From assembly GCF_001194135.2 (NCBI RefSeq), contig NC_069001.1, positions 28,171,583 through 28,212,324 of the forward strand: 40,742 bases of DNA. The letters run 5' to 3'. The notes beneath the pieces were generated by a model, which searched no databases, was not told the origin of the DNA, and saw only the letters and a list, made by a program, of their open reading frames with translations. Positions 10,811-22,630 of this stretch are shown here, piece after piece. The first letter of the stretch is position 1, and each line of letters opens with the position of its first letter. The position numbers were made by a program, and so were the translations under genes. This DNA is from Octopus bimaculoides (lineage: Eukaryota).

Positions 10811-11127
10811 CTCTACTTTCACTTTCACTTTCACTATCTGTCTCGCACTTTCTCTATATCTCTCTGCTTTGTGCTCGTAATTTTAAGTGCTGTCATTAAC
10901 ATATAGCATCTCACGTTGAATCGACCTGAGAATTGCGCTAATGTTACAATTGTCTGTAGAATAACTAAATAGGTAAACGTTAATATCATAAGTAGATGTT
11001 CATTTCATCGTACAAACTAAATGCTCGTCGTCAAGGCAAGCGGACACCCCATCGTTTAGAGCAATTTTAATAATCATTTCTGAAATACGGAGAAGTCCAG
11101 AAATTGCTGTTATAGTTGTTGTTGTTA

Positions 11128-11625
11128 TCATTGAGTGAGAGAGCAGTGCATGCCATCAAAGTGAAACTGGAGTAAAATATACGAAGCGCACTATACCTCT
11201 CATGACTACCTGACTGATGGGGCCCATGTAGCATTTCACTTAGGTCGAGTAGCCCATCCCGCTCCAAAGGTTCCTGAATAAGGGTTGTTTAAAGATGTTG
11301 AACGACACAACCATGTTTCCAGAGGTGAGTTATCCAAACCCTTATGAATTCCTCTCAACACATGGGTATGATGCTCCCCCATTACTTCTGCTCTTGATCA
11401 GAGACGCACATATCGTCAGCTACCAAGAGAGATGCTCAACTGGTTAAGGTCAAACAACTGACAGGCAAATCTGTAGTATTGGGCAGAGTACTTGCTGTAG
11501 CACATCTATAGCAAAACAAAACAACGTACATAACAAAACAGTTAAGATCACAAGCCATGAAAGACACTGCCTGGTACTGCATCAGGGCAGAGACATTGTC
11601 TGGTTGTTGTCGTTATTATTATTAT
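11128..11625 (+). mobile_element. interspersed repeat, possibly a LINE 3' end or non-autonomous retroelement
   Basis: About 470 bp of higher-GC non-coding sequence bounded by (GTT)n and ending ...GGTACTGCATCAGGGC before a (GTT/ATT)n tail. Single copy here; recognised only from memory as an abundant octopus repeat. Confidence 0.4.
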
Positions 11626-11628
11626 GAT

Positions 11629-11860
11629 AAAGGTGGTGAGCTGGCAGAATCGTTAGCACAACGGGCAGAATGCTTAACAGCATTTTGTCCGTCTATACGT
11701 CCTGAGCTCAAATTCCGCCGGAGTCACCCTTGCCTTAAATTCTTTCAGGCTCTATAAATTAAGTACCAGTTAAGTACTGAGGTCGATGTAATTGAATATA
11801 CCCCTCCCCACAAATTCCAAGCCTTGTGCCTATAGAAGGGGAGATTATTATTATTATTAT
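11629..11860 (+). mobile_element. family B SINE, full length with (ATT)n tail
   Basis: GGTGGTGAGCTGGCAGAATCGTTAGC head, GAGCTCAAATTCC B-box-like motif, body ...AAGTACCAGTTAAGTACTGAGGTCGATGTAATTGA..., tail GCCTTGTGCC...(ATT)5. Confidence 0.85.
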
Positions 11861-11872
11861 GCGATAAACCGT

Positions 11873-11903
<31 letters not shown>

Positions 11904-12071
11904 ACACATATGTGTATATGATCGAAATGAGGACTAGATACGCAACTGGTGAAGAGTCGTTCTTTATGCTACTTGTCCAGTTTTCCATTTGTTTCTCTCG
12001 TTGTTCACGTATTCAACCCATTTGTTTTCGTATTTCATGTTGTTTACTGTTTGTGACGTTTTGTACCATAT

Positions 12072-12106
<35 letters not shown>

Positions 12107-12459
12107 NNNNNNNNNNNNNNNNNNNNNNNNNNNNNNNNNNNNNNNNNNNNNNNNNNNNNNNNNNNNNNNNNNNNNNNNNNNNNNNNNNNNNNNNNNNNNN
12201 NNNNNNNNNNNNNNNNNNNNNNNNNNNNNNNNNNNNNNNNNNNNNNNNNNNNNNNNNNNNNNNNNNNNNNNNNNNNNNNNNNNNNNNNNNNNNNNNNNNN
12301 NNNNNNNNNNNNNNNNNNNNNNNNNNNNNNNNNNNNNNNNNNNNNNNNNNNNNNNTATATATATATATATATATATCATGCAATGTCCACTTGGCATAAG
12401 ATCATTGTGTGTGTGTCAGTGCGTGTGCTCGTGTGTCTTTTATATCCGGGTCTGTTCCT

Positions 12460-12650
12460 CGCCACCGCTTGACATGTGGCGGTAGGTTTATATCCCAATA
12501 ATCTAGCCGTCCGTCAAAAAGTATACGCTAGAATAAGCACCTGGCTTGTAAAAAAAAAATACTTGTAGATGTCGATTTTTATTCAACTGAAACACTTCAA
12601 CGCAATGCCCAAGCATGGCCGCAGTTATATTAGTGAGACAATTAGAAGAC
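12460..12650 (+). mobile_element. family A SINE, degenerate 3' half
   Basis: CACCGCTTGAC...TAGAATAAGCAC...GTCGATT...CCCAAGCATGGCCGCAG downstream of a (TA)n gap and (TG)n. Confidence 0.65.
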
Positions 12651-13639
12651 AGAAGTTAGAAACTAGAAGAGAAAAAGTAGAAGACATAGGTGTGAAAACT
12701 GCAAAAACATCCTTCTGTTATAGCTTATTCATTTGCAATTATTCATCCATGCAGAACGGATCTGGAAGAGAAAACTCAGAGTATTAGCTATATGGTATTT
12801 TATTGTTAGACTTTTCCTATTCATGATCTGAACTAGACGCTCTTATTGCATTATTATGTGATTCTGTACAATACGTAATATGGAAGTCATGTTATTGTAG
12901 CGAAAGTGTCTTGTGTATAAAGTATTATGTGACCAGTAAGGAGAAGATGTTTTTTATTGTGTGCAAATTTGCAAAACATGGTGTAATATATATATATACT
13001 TTTTCCTAATCTTTTCTATTATTACTATTTTTATTTATTTATGTATTCTTTTGGTTTTTAGTTTTGGCAACATTTTTATATCTTGATTATTTCCAATGCG
13101 AAGCCATTTTATAAGTTTATAACTGTTCAATTTCCCTCCAGACGATGTTATGATATGCAGTGATAGAGATGTTTATCAGATATTGCCTTACTACTATTTT
13201 TGTGTTGTAATCGCTGTTGTTGTTGTTGTCGTTATTATTATCATTATTATTATTATCGTACACATCATCGCTTGTGTTGGTATCGGATTGGTAGATATCA
13301 AACTTTCCTCCTACAGTCATACTTACTTTGCACCGTTTCCATTGTCCTTGTTCAGCTTAGTAATCGACATTTCTTGTGAGAGAGGTAATTCACCTCGATG
13401 TCCAATAATCTCAACCAAACATTTACGCTTCTTGTCAAACACTTCGATTTAACTATTACAATATGTTTTCTAACAGCTTCACTGCAAGTTCAACTTTCAG
13501 TCATCCGCATTCTAGGTTTTGGTCAATAGGGCGAATAGTCAGGGCCTCGGAAAGAAATTCCGTGAGATAACTTCTTGTTATTATTTCAAATATTAGCTAT
13601 GCCTTTCCTTCTCTTCATGTGGATGATATTGATCACCCG

Positions 13640-13931
13640 GTACTCCGTCAGTAACGACGATTTGTCTTCCAGTTGATCCGATCAACAGAACAGCCTGTGA
13701 CTGACTGAGCACTCCACAGACATAAATGTAATTCTCAAAGAGATACACAGTGACACAGAATTTGATAAGGCTGGCCTATTGAATTACAGGTACAATTCAT
13801 TTTTGCAAGCTTAGTGGGCAGGAGTAACGTGAAAGAAAGTGTTTTGCTCCCGGACACAAAACACCGCCACGAATTGAACTCACGACTTTACGATCGTGAG
13901 TGGAATACCTGACACTCTATGCCACGTGCCT
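13640..13931 (-). mobile_element. tRNA-derived SINE sharing the family C 3' tail but with a different head
   Basis: Minus head ...CTCACGATCGTAAAGTCGTGAGTTCAATTC; tail TGTGGAGTGCTCAG...CAGGCTGTTCTGTTGATCGGATCAACTGGAA...GACGGAGTACC as in 3405-3560. Confidence 0.75.
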
Positions 13932-14227
13932 TCATATTGATTAAAATTGAAGCACGGAATCGATAGTGTTGACTGTTACATGAATACAAATTTTCTGGCC
14001 TTGTTCCAAAATTACAAAAACAATTTTCACTAAACTGATCATTGTTAGATCAGCGGAAAAAAAAAAAAGAACCGTCTTGAATTATATATTCTGGCACTTT
14101 ATGTCCTGAGTTCCAACTCAGGACAAATTTGGCTTCAATAACTTTTATGATGAAAATAGAATATCAATCAAACTCTTAAATACTTCTGCAAAAATTGTTG
14201 GTGATGTGACAGTATCGGAATCCATAG

Positions 14228-14335
14228 TATATTAATGACATCTTTGTTGTTGGGTATAGTGAAAAACCTGGTTTGAGACCCAAACGTCCGAGTCCTTTGA
14301 CAGAAGTTAAAGAAATTGAAGGACCGCCACAAGAT
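14228..14335 (+). CDS. candidate coding exon, product unknown (YINDIFVVGYSEKPGLRPKRPSPLTEVKEIEGPPQD)
   Basis: Bounded by CCATAG| (alternative TATAG| at 14259) and GAT|GTATGT; open in one frame, non-repetitive, protein-like composition. No recognised homology. Confidence 0.3.
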
Positions 14336-15767
14336 GTATGTGAATCTTGAATAAAATCATAAGTAACTGATCTTCCTGTATTTTCTGTTACCCAAAGCCA
14401 GGAACGTTACAGCACCCCTCGTAGACGCAGCTTTACAATAATATATGGGATAGAAGGATGATAAATGAAATTGTAGGTAGAGCAGAAACACAGTGGACGC
14501 AGAAATTCTCAGTCCCTCGTTAGCTGTCGACCAAATATCAACATAATTTCCACGCCTATACATATATCCAATCATAATATACTACTAAGTATATTAATGC
14601 TTTACAACTCAATATTGTGTCTTAATTTTGTTAGCAGTGCATCTCTCAACCCTACAGAATTTCTCTGGAGAAATACATGAAAATGAAAACGAACAGCTGT
14701 TAACACAAACGCAAGGCAGAACATTTAGTTGTAAACTTTTAATATCCATCGTAGTATATTATGGTAGCAATACAAACTACTGTTTTCGCTAGCAATTAAT
14801 ATTTACTTACCAGTTGCCAGGAATGTGTTTAATATATAAATTGGCCTATCCCATAGTGTTTCACAGCTTAAACTTAAAGCGCATTTAAACAATGCTTTGA
14901 TGGATAGTTAATAAGGTGAAAATGGTGTTGATGAAAGAACGATAACTCTTGAAATATTCGTATGCTCCTATTACTTATTATTCGGTTATATTGTTTACAT
15001 AGACATGTACATATATGAAACATCACAACTTTCATGTGCCACTGGCTCTTAACGTTATAGGAAATCTGTAGAGTTAAATTTAAATCTCTCTCTCTCTCTC
15101 TCTATCTCTCACTCATATATATATATATATATATATATATANNNNNNNNNNNNNNNNNNNNNNNNNNNNNNNNNNNNNNNNNNNNNNNNNNNNNNNNNNN
15201 NNNNNNNNNNNNNNNNNNNNNNNNNNNNNNNNNNNNNNNNNNNNNNNNNNNNNNNNNNNNNNNNNNNNNNNNNNNNNNNNNNNNNNNNNNNNNNNNNNNN
15301 NNNNNNNNNNNNNNNNNNNNNNNNNNNNNNNNNNNNNNNNNNNNNNNNNNNNNNNNNNNNNNNNNNNNNNNNNNNNNNNNNNNNNNNNNNNNNNNNNNNN
15401 NNNNNNNNNNNNNNNNNNNNNNNNNNNNNNNNNNNNNNNNNNNNNNNNNNNNNNNNNNNNNNNNNNNNNNNNNNNNNNNNNNNNNNNNNNNNNNNNNNNN
15501 NNNNNNNNNNNNNNNNNNNNNNNNNNNNNNNNNNNNNNNNNNNNNNNNNNNNNNNNNNNNNNNNNNNNNNNNNNNNNNNNNNNNNNNNNNNNNNNNNNNN
15601 NNNNNNNNNNNNNNNNNNNNNNNNNNNNNNNNNNNNNNNNNNNNNNNNNNNNNNNNNNNNNNNNNNNNNNNNNNNNNNNNNNNNNNNNNNNNNNNNNNNN
15701 NNNNNNNNNNNNNNNNNNNNNNNNNNNNNNNNNNNNNNNNNNNNNNNNNNNNNNNNNNNNNNNNNNN

Positions 15768-15807
<40 letters not shown>

Positions 15808-16273
15808 AAAAGAGAGAGAGATAAACTTAAATATATATATATAAGACAGAGAGAGAGAGAGAAACACAAATGTATGTATACAATCTGCTGCGCCTTGATT
15901 TTTACGGGAAACTCTTTGCACGTTTTATTTAAAATCTTTCCTTTTTCCCTCAAATTAGTTATGTCGTTTATATCCACAATTATTTGTTTAATCTTTGTAG
16001 TTTTTCATTTTCCTCTCATTTACTTACATCTCAATGCTACGATAAATAATAAGCATAAAATCGTACCTAGAGAAAAAAAAGCAATATCAAAATAGAAAAG
16101 TTGCCCTAGAAAATTGAGGATCAGGTTAATGTAATCGAAATCAGCGTTTGAACATTTATAAGATGCAAATATATATAATAACTCAGCTTCAGTAAAAGTT
16201 GTGCATCTTCAGCAACTTAATTGCACACACCATTTCATAACTGCTGGTTTGAGGATTGTTTTCTCTGGATTAG

Positions 16274-16476
16274 TTGTATCTGGCAACGATGCCAAAACAA
16301 GAAAGCGTCTTAACAATGACTAAAATTAATGTTTCCCGTTCTGTTAGATCTGAAGTATTTCGTAATTTAGTTGTCGGAGATATTAAAGCATTGTTTGTGG
16401 AACAGGAATTGAATGAAGTCGATTTAATTAAGATGGTCACCATTATTCCAAATGACGGGGAGCCGGTCCGATACTG
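16274..16476 (+). CDS. candidate coding exon, product unknown (LYLATMPKQESVLT...DGEPVRYW)
   Basis: Pyrimidine-rich acceptor TTGTTTTCTCTGGATTAG|, 68 open codons of non-repetitive sequence, possible donor TG|GTGAAT (or terminal TGA at 16478-16480). Phase 0 matches the end of 14228-14335. Confidence 0.35.
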
Positions 16477-16941
16477 GTGAATCAATCTAAATGATTACTG
16501 TAGAAATTGTAAAAGGTTGACTGCAAATGCCAAGAAATTTGGAAAAAAGTCATTCATTAAAATGTATTCTAATATGGAATAGCAGTTTGAAATTTCAAAG
16601 GAAAACTGTCTATTTTATAGCGATATTCGAAGCTCTTTGTACTGATTTAAAACAAGTTCAGTTTAAAATTACAGATTTTAATATGACAGACAGTTTTATA
16701 GAATATAGAAAAGGAATGAAGTGGTAGTGATGGAACTGATGATTTCAAAATAGAAAAGCAAACAGAACCCCCCCCCACCACTAATTCAGTATCTTCAAGT
16801 TATCATAGCAGGCAATGCGATAATAATTTCATATAAGGAGAATATATATATACGTAATTTAAATAAAAACACATTTTACGCCTTTAATCGTTTCTTGTAC
16901 GATGCTGCGGTTACGTTAAGGCACTTGATCGTACATATACG

Positions 16942-16981
<40 letters not shown>

Positions 16982-16991
16982 CACACATACA

Positions 16992-17190
16992 TACACGTGA
17001 TGGGGAGCTAAAAAGTTCTTGGATATCATGAAATGATTGACAGGAGGCCCAACCTTCCTAGTTCATTTGCAACGTTTAGAAAAACTGAACGGTCGATGCA
17101 ATAAGTGTGTGAGTCTGAGAAAGGATTATGTTGAAAAGTATCTTGTATTTCCTTCACCCAAAACCAGGAACTTTTCAGCACCCCCACGTA
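16992..17190 (+). mobile_element. internally deleted mariner transposon (~200 bp)
   Basis: TIRs (TACA)CGTGATGGGGAGCTAAAAAGTTCTTGG and CCAGGAACTTTTCAGCACCCCCACGTA in TA context. Interior 17076-17138 encodes LEKLNGRCNKCVSLRKDYVEK, like the mariner transposase C-terminus (L..RW.KC+...G.YVEK). Confidence 0.85.
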
Positions 17191-17384
17191 TATATGTCCA
17201 ACGATTCATATTTTTTTCATCTCGTACAAGTGTTCTTTTTATATTACACTCTGGCAAGTTCTAGTTAACGTTAAAATGTTCACTCCTATGAAATCGAGTG
17301 CAGTCGAAAAACATCTATCATCAACACGAAACATAATTGATAATTACAATTAACAGCGATAATATGAATGCTAATATTCGAATC

Positions 17385-17585
17385 TCAGCTGGTAGAAACT
17401 TTACCGCGCCTGGTACAACACTTAACGGCATACTAAAGATCGGACTACGTCGAGGTCGAATTTGCCCTTCTTCCATTTCGGATCAATAAAACGATGTACC
17501 GGTTACACTCAGTGTTCCATGTAATCGATTTACGCAGTCCCCTAAAATTGCTGGTCTTGTGCCAAAAATTTTAAATCAGTATTTA
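17385..17585 (+). mobile_element. family B SINE, degenerate
   Basis: AGCTGGTAGAAAC...GAGGTCGAATTTGCCCTTC...GATCAATAAAA...TGTAATCGATTTAC...CCCCTAAAATTGCTGGTCTTGTGCCAAAA. Confidence 0.7.
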
Positions 17586-17869
17586 AATATCATGTTTTTG
17601 AACGACGTTTCTCTAATTTGGGTCGCAGAGCATTTCAACACGATTCAACTAATCAATTATACATTAAAGTTTTTTTGCTTTATATCGAAAATGCAAATAT
17701 TTGGTTGAAACAACGCCTGAAAATAGTAATATTGTAAAATGTAATGTTAGATATTACATATTCACCGGCTGATATGAATTGTAAATATGTTTAGGAATGG
17801 CAAGTATGAAAATATTATGGGGAAACTTACGTAGAGGAACAAAAAGAAGTCATACATTACATTTTATAG

Positions 17870-18290
17870 TTTACCTTTTTCAGTCATTATACTGGGTCAT
17901 GCTGGAGCACCGCTTTGACGAGCTTTAGTCGAAAGAATGGACCAACATATTGCTTTTAAAACCTGGTACTTATTCTATTGTTGACTTTTGACGATCTGCT
18001 AGGTAACTGGGACGTAAATATGAGAGCAGTGGTTGTCAAGCAAAGGTGGGGGGCAAACACAGATATAAAAACAAACATACATATCCGCCTACACCATTTA
18101 TATCAATATATATTTTTGTGCGCGTGCGGATTCTTTCAATTTTCATTATTACATCCATTCATTTACTAAAAAGTGTTTGATTGACCCGAGGCTATAGCAG
18201 AAAGCAGCTGCGCATAGTTCCACGCAGTGGAACTGAACCCGGCACTATTTTGTTGAGAATCAAATTGCTTAGCGTACAGCTATGCGTGTG
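17870..18290 (-). mobile_element. family A SINE, degenerate full length
   Basis: CAGTCAT...CATGCTGGAGCACCGC...GGTTGTCAAGC...GACCCGAGGCTATAGCAGAA...CCACGCAGTGGAACTGAACCCGG. Confidence 0.8.
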
Positions 18291-18934
18291 ACTAAACAGA
18301 CGGGGATAAGTAAAGTAAGGCAACGGTAAAGGGTCATGAAAGCATGATAGAACTTAAATGCATGGCGTTTCAGAAAGAAGATTGGATTTATTAGATCGTT
18401 GATGAATTAAAACAAGTATACACGTTGGAGTAAGTTTGACTAGAAAGACTCTTAAAATAGAAACACTTGGATTAGTTCGTGTTCATCTTGTATTTCATTG
18501 TAGCAGAATCATTTGGGAGAAAAATATTAAGCACTAAAAAGAAAATAATAGAGAAGAGGAGTAAGCACTGGAATTTATAATAATATAATGCGTAGGAAAA
18601 GAATCAGACAGGAAAATAGAGCAGTTATGTGTGAGAGGAAAGAAAGACCAATTCTGAATATGGACAGGCTTAACTGAAAATGAGGAAGCCAGAGGAAGAC
18701 ACATGTTGACATATCAGGGTATGTAATTGATAGCGACTTGGAAATAATACGATGAAAATACAATGAAAATTAATTTGAAAGCCAAACATGTTTCGTAGAA
18801 TAATTTAAATTCATTTTTTCTGTTCAGGTAAAGGATGTTCACATTGACATGGTTCTCATTCTCCCGGAGAATAGATTTCAATGATACTTAGCTATAAATG
18901 GACACATGAATATAAGGAATGGGGGTTTACAAAA

Positions 18935-18940
18935 TCTCTT

Positions 18941-19007
<67 letters not shown>

Positions 19008-19025
19008 ATGTGTGTGTGTGTGTTG
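18935..19025. repeat. compound (CT)n-(GT)n microsatellite
   Basis: Direct reading. Confidence 0.95.
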
Positions 19026-21436
19026 GAGCGAGAGAAGGTGGGAAAGAGGAACAAAAGAAGCATTTATATTTACCCCATAGGATAAAGAGTGGATCAGTGT
19101 GTAACTGGAAATATTTAAATGAAACAAAAGGCTAATAGTAAAATTTGCCAATAAAATACACAGGAAAGAGGATCGCACTGTCTAGTCATAAAAGAAAATA
19201 GTTTTAACCTTTATATCTCTTGCAAAGATGGTGTACTGAAAGTCTGAGATATCTTCGAAGTACAAAACTATTTCTTCCAAGAGACCTTATTCAACTTAAA
19301 GCCTAATAACATGGAATTGCAGGCGGAGTTTCTTTGAAGCTTATTCAAACTTACCTGTATTTCGCAATGTTTTTTGAAATCATTTAGACATTCGCAAGTA
19401 CCCATCCTAAATTATGTGCAAATTTTGTGTGAAATATTCTCTTGTAGGGAAGTGTTGTTCACGGTATATTGAAGTATAATTCTCAGTTTTATTATTTAGT
19501 CGCTGTTATTTTCTAACAATAGGCCAAATAACTCGATTTATGCGCATCCCTTTTCTATTCAATTTAATGATCTTGTTTATCTAAACTTCTGCAACAAATA
19601 TATCTCTCTTCAATTTAGCATTCATTAAACAATTCGCCTGCAGTGTTTCCTGTCTAGTTCCCTACTCTTTATAATTATGTCGTTCGCTTTTTCTAACTAC
19701 TTAGAAAATTGCTCGATGTTTTGGTATGAAACGATGTCCATTAAATGTATGAAACTAACATCTTTAATCTAAGGGCTAATCTTTGTTTGCTGAAATATTG
19801 AAGTACTGTTTTTTTAAGGGACAAAGAGAGCATTGTAGTTTTATTTTATTTTTTTTTGCTTCGTACATTAGTGATATGACTCTTAGTATATTAACGAGAA
19901 AAATACACACACACTCAGAGGTGTGTACGTACGCATCTCTGTACGTATATTTACATAACTGTTTGTGTAAAAAATATATACACATACATATATGTGCATA
20001 TGCAAGGGTGTTTGTGTTTGTGCGTGTATGCACGCGCATAAATATAGAAACATGTACTTACATATAAGTATCCAAATATGACATAACAAAATTAACTGAA
20101 AACACTCAGTATCCTGGATTTGGGCAGCAACGAGAGATAGAGCTATGAAAAATATCATGTAACTTACATTCTTGATTACCGAATTTATTCCAGCTTCTAC
20201 AAGATATGTCACAATTACAAAATAATAATTGACACAAGCTTCATATGAGAAATGGATATAATTTCAAAGATCAAGAATTCTTCATAGTTGATAAGCCGTT
20301 AAATAAAAGAACAGATGTATCGTCTAGAGAAAAGAAAGAATCGTGTCACGCATTTCTGCCACATCAGGCGTCATCANNNNNNNNNNNNNNNNNNNNNNNN
20401 NNNNNNNNNNNNNNNNNNNNNNNNNNNNNNNNNNNNNNNNNNNNNNNNNNNNNNNNNNNNNNNNNNNNNNNNNNNNNNNNNNNNNNNNNNNNNNNNNNNN
20501 NNNNNNNNNNNNNNNNNNNNNNNNNNNNNNNNNNNNNNNNNNNNNNNNNNNNNNNNNNNNNNNNNNNNNNNNNNNNNNNNNNNNNNNNNNNNNNNNNNNN
20601 NNNNNNNNNNNNNNNNNNNNNNNNNNNNNNNNNNNNNNNNNNNNNNNNNNNNNNNNNNNNNNNNNNNNNNNNNNNNNNNNNNNNNNNNNNNNNNNNNNNN
20701 NNNNNNNNNNNNNNNNNNNNNNNNNNNNNNNNNNNNNNNNNNNNNNNNNNNNNNNNNNNNNNNNNNNNNNNNNNNNNNNNNNNNNNNNNNNNNNNNNNNN
20801 NNNNNNNNNNNNNNNNNNNNNNNNNNNNNNNNNNNNNNNNNNNNNNNNNNNNNNNNNNNNNNNNNNNNNNNNNNNNNNNNNNNNNNNNNNNNNNNNNNNN
20901 NNNNNNNNNNNNNNNNNNNNNNNNNNNNNNNNNNNNNNNNNNNNNNNNNNNNNNNNNNNNNNNNNNNNNNNNNNNNNNNNNNNNNNNNNNNNNNNNNNNN
21001 NNNNNNNNNNNNNNNNNNNNNNNNNNNNNNNNNNNNNNNNNNNNNNNNNNNNNNNNNNNNNNNNNNNNNNNNNNNNNNNNNNNNNNNNNNNNNNNNNNNN
21101 NNNNNNNNNNNNNNNNNNNNNNNNNNNNNNNNNNNNNCATAAATGCACACACGCTTGACTGCGTTTATACATCGTTGCACATAGGCGCATACACGCTGAT
21201 AATTCTCGACATTTTGAATGCGTATGTATGTTTCCGCTTTCCATTTTCGGCTTTACCGGTCTATATATATATTCAAAATATACCTCTTCCGATTCTTTGT
21301 TTCTGGTTTCCTCTGATGACAACATCACTCGATTTATATTAAATGCGGCAGCGATAGAATCACGAATTCATGACCTCAGAAAAATATACATCTCGCTGTC
21401 ACTATCTCTCTCTTTCTCTCTCTCTCTCTCTCTTTT

Positions 21437-21489
<53 letters not shown>

Positions 21490-21535
21490 TCCCCATCTTG
21501 CTCCACCATCTTCCTGCCTCTCACTNNNNNNNNNN

Positions 21536-21574
<39 letters not shown>

Positions 21575-21809
21575 CATGTATTTATAAATATGGTCCCTTT
21601 ATAGATGCATTTTCATTACATTTGAATGCCCAACTAAATATAGTGTGGGTAACATCGGTTGTGTACACGCATATCTATCTACCTATCTATTTATCTATCA
21701 GTCTGTTTGTCTGTCTATCTATATATCTGTTGATCGATCTATCTATTTATATGTCTCTGTACGTATGTACATATGCACTGACGAACCTACCTACCTACAT
21801 CCTCTCTGA

Positions 21810-21848
<39 letters not shown>

Positions 21849-21849
<1 letters not shown>

Positions 21850-22256
21850 CTATTTTACTATTTTACTTGTTTCAGTCTTTTGACTGTGGCCATGCTGGAG
21901 CACCACCTTTAGTCGAGCAAATCGACCCCAGGACTTATTCTTTAGAAGCCTAGTACTTATTCTATCGGTCTCTTTTGCCGAACCGCTAAGTTACGGGGAC
22001 ATAAACACACCAGCATCGGTTGTCAAGCGATGTTGGGGGGAAAAAGACAGACACACAAACACACACACACATACATATATATATACATACATACGACGGG
22101 CTTCTTTCAGTTTCCGTCTACCAAATCCATTCACAAGGCTTTGGTCAGCCCGAGGCTATAGTAGAAGACACTTGCCCAAGATGCCACGCAGTGGGACTGA
22201 ACCCGGGACCATGTGGTTGGTAAGCAAGCTACTTACCACACAGCCACTCCTACGCC
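21849..22256 (-). mobile_element. family A SINE, best-preserved full-length copy
   Basis: Minus strand: GGCGTAGGAGTGGCTGTGTGGTAAGTAGCTTGC...GGGTTCAGTCCC...internal (TA/TG)n...CAGCATGGCCACAGTCAAAAGACTGAAACAAGT(AAAATAGT)2. Embedded in (TA)n on both sides. Confidence 0.95.
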
Positions 22257-22283
22257 TATATATATATATATATATAAACTTAC

Positions 22284-22367
22284 TTTTAATCAAGATAGCC
22301 TTGGCCTGACGAGTAGCCTGTGGAATAAACCACGCCTGGACATTTACCACTTCTGAGGTTCCACTCG
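22284..22367 (-). CDS. candidate coding exon, product unknown (SGTSEVVNVQAWFIPQATRQAKAILIK)
   Basis: TGTTTCATAG| acceptor and AAA|GTAAGT donor; 84 nt, phase 1-1, only one of three frames is stop-free. Confidence 0.3.
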
Positions 22368-22595
22368 CTATGAAACATATATAGCCTGGACCTTATCTTG
22401 TATTTTTCTTCGCACACCCCACTAACATACCCGCCTACCATGGAATATTAAAAGAAGTTTTGCACTTCGATATGTAAAAAGAATCCCACAACCTTCCGTA
22501 TCTCTAAACCACTACAGTATCTGAAAGTTCTTTTTTTATAATTATTACGGACTACTTGAAGCTAATTTTCTTTCTACATCTCGATTCCCGGAGCT

Positions 22596-22630
<35 letters not shown>

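Noticed and set aside
13317-13450. Candidate exons on both strands (plus SHTYFAPFPLSLFSLVIDISCER; minus ...KDNGNGAK|GTAAGT)
   Set aside because: Mutually conflicting; the minus frame has a stop just after the best acceptor, and GTAAGT is expected several times by chance in 40 kb.
16350-16400. RNLVVGDI resembling the P-type ATPase actuator LVxGDIV motif
   Set aside because: The following G(D/E)xxPAD motif is absent; too short to name a gene.
18785-18830. Antisense GAAACATGTT with a partial stem
   Set aside because: No recognisable CUGANGA core; overlaps a pyrimidine tract that explains the composition.
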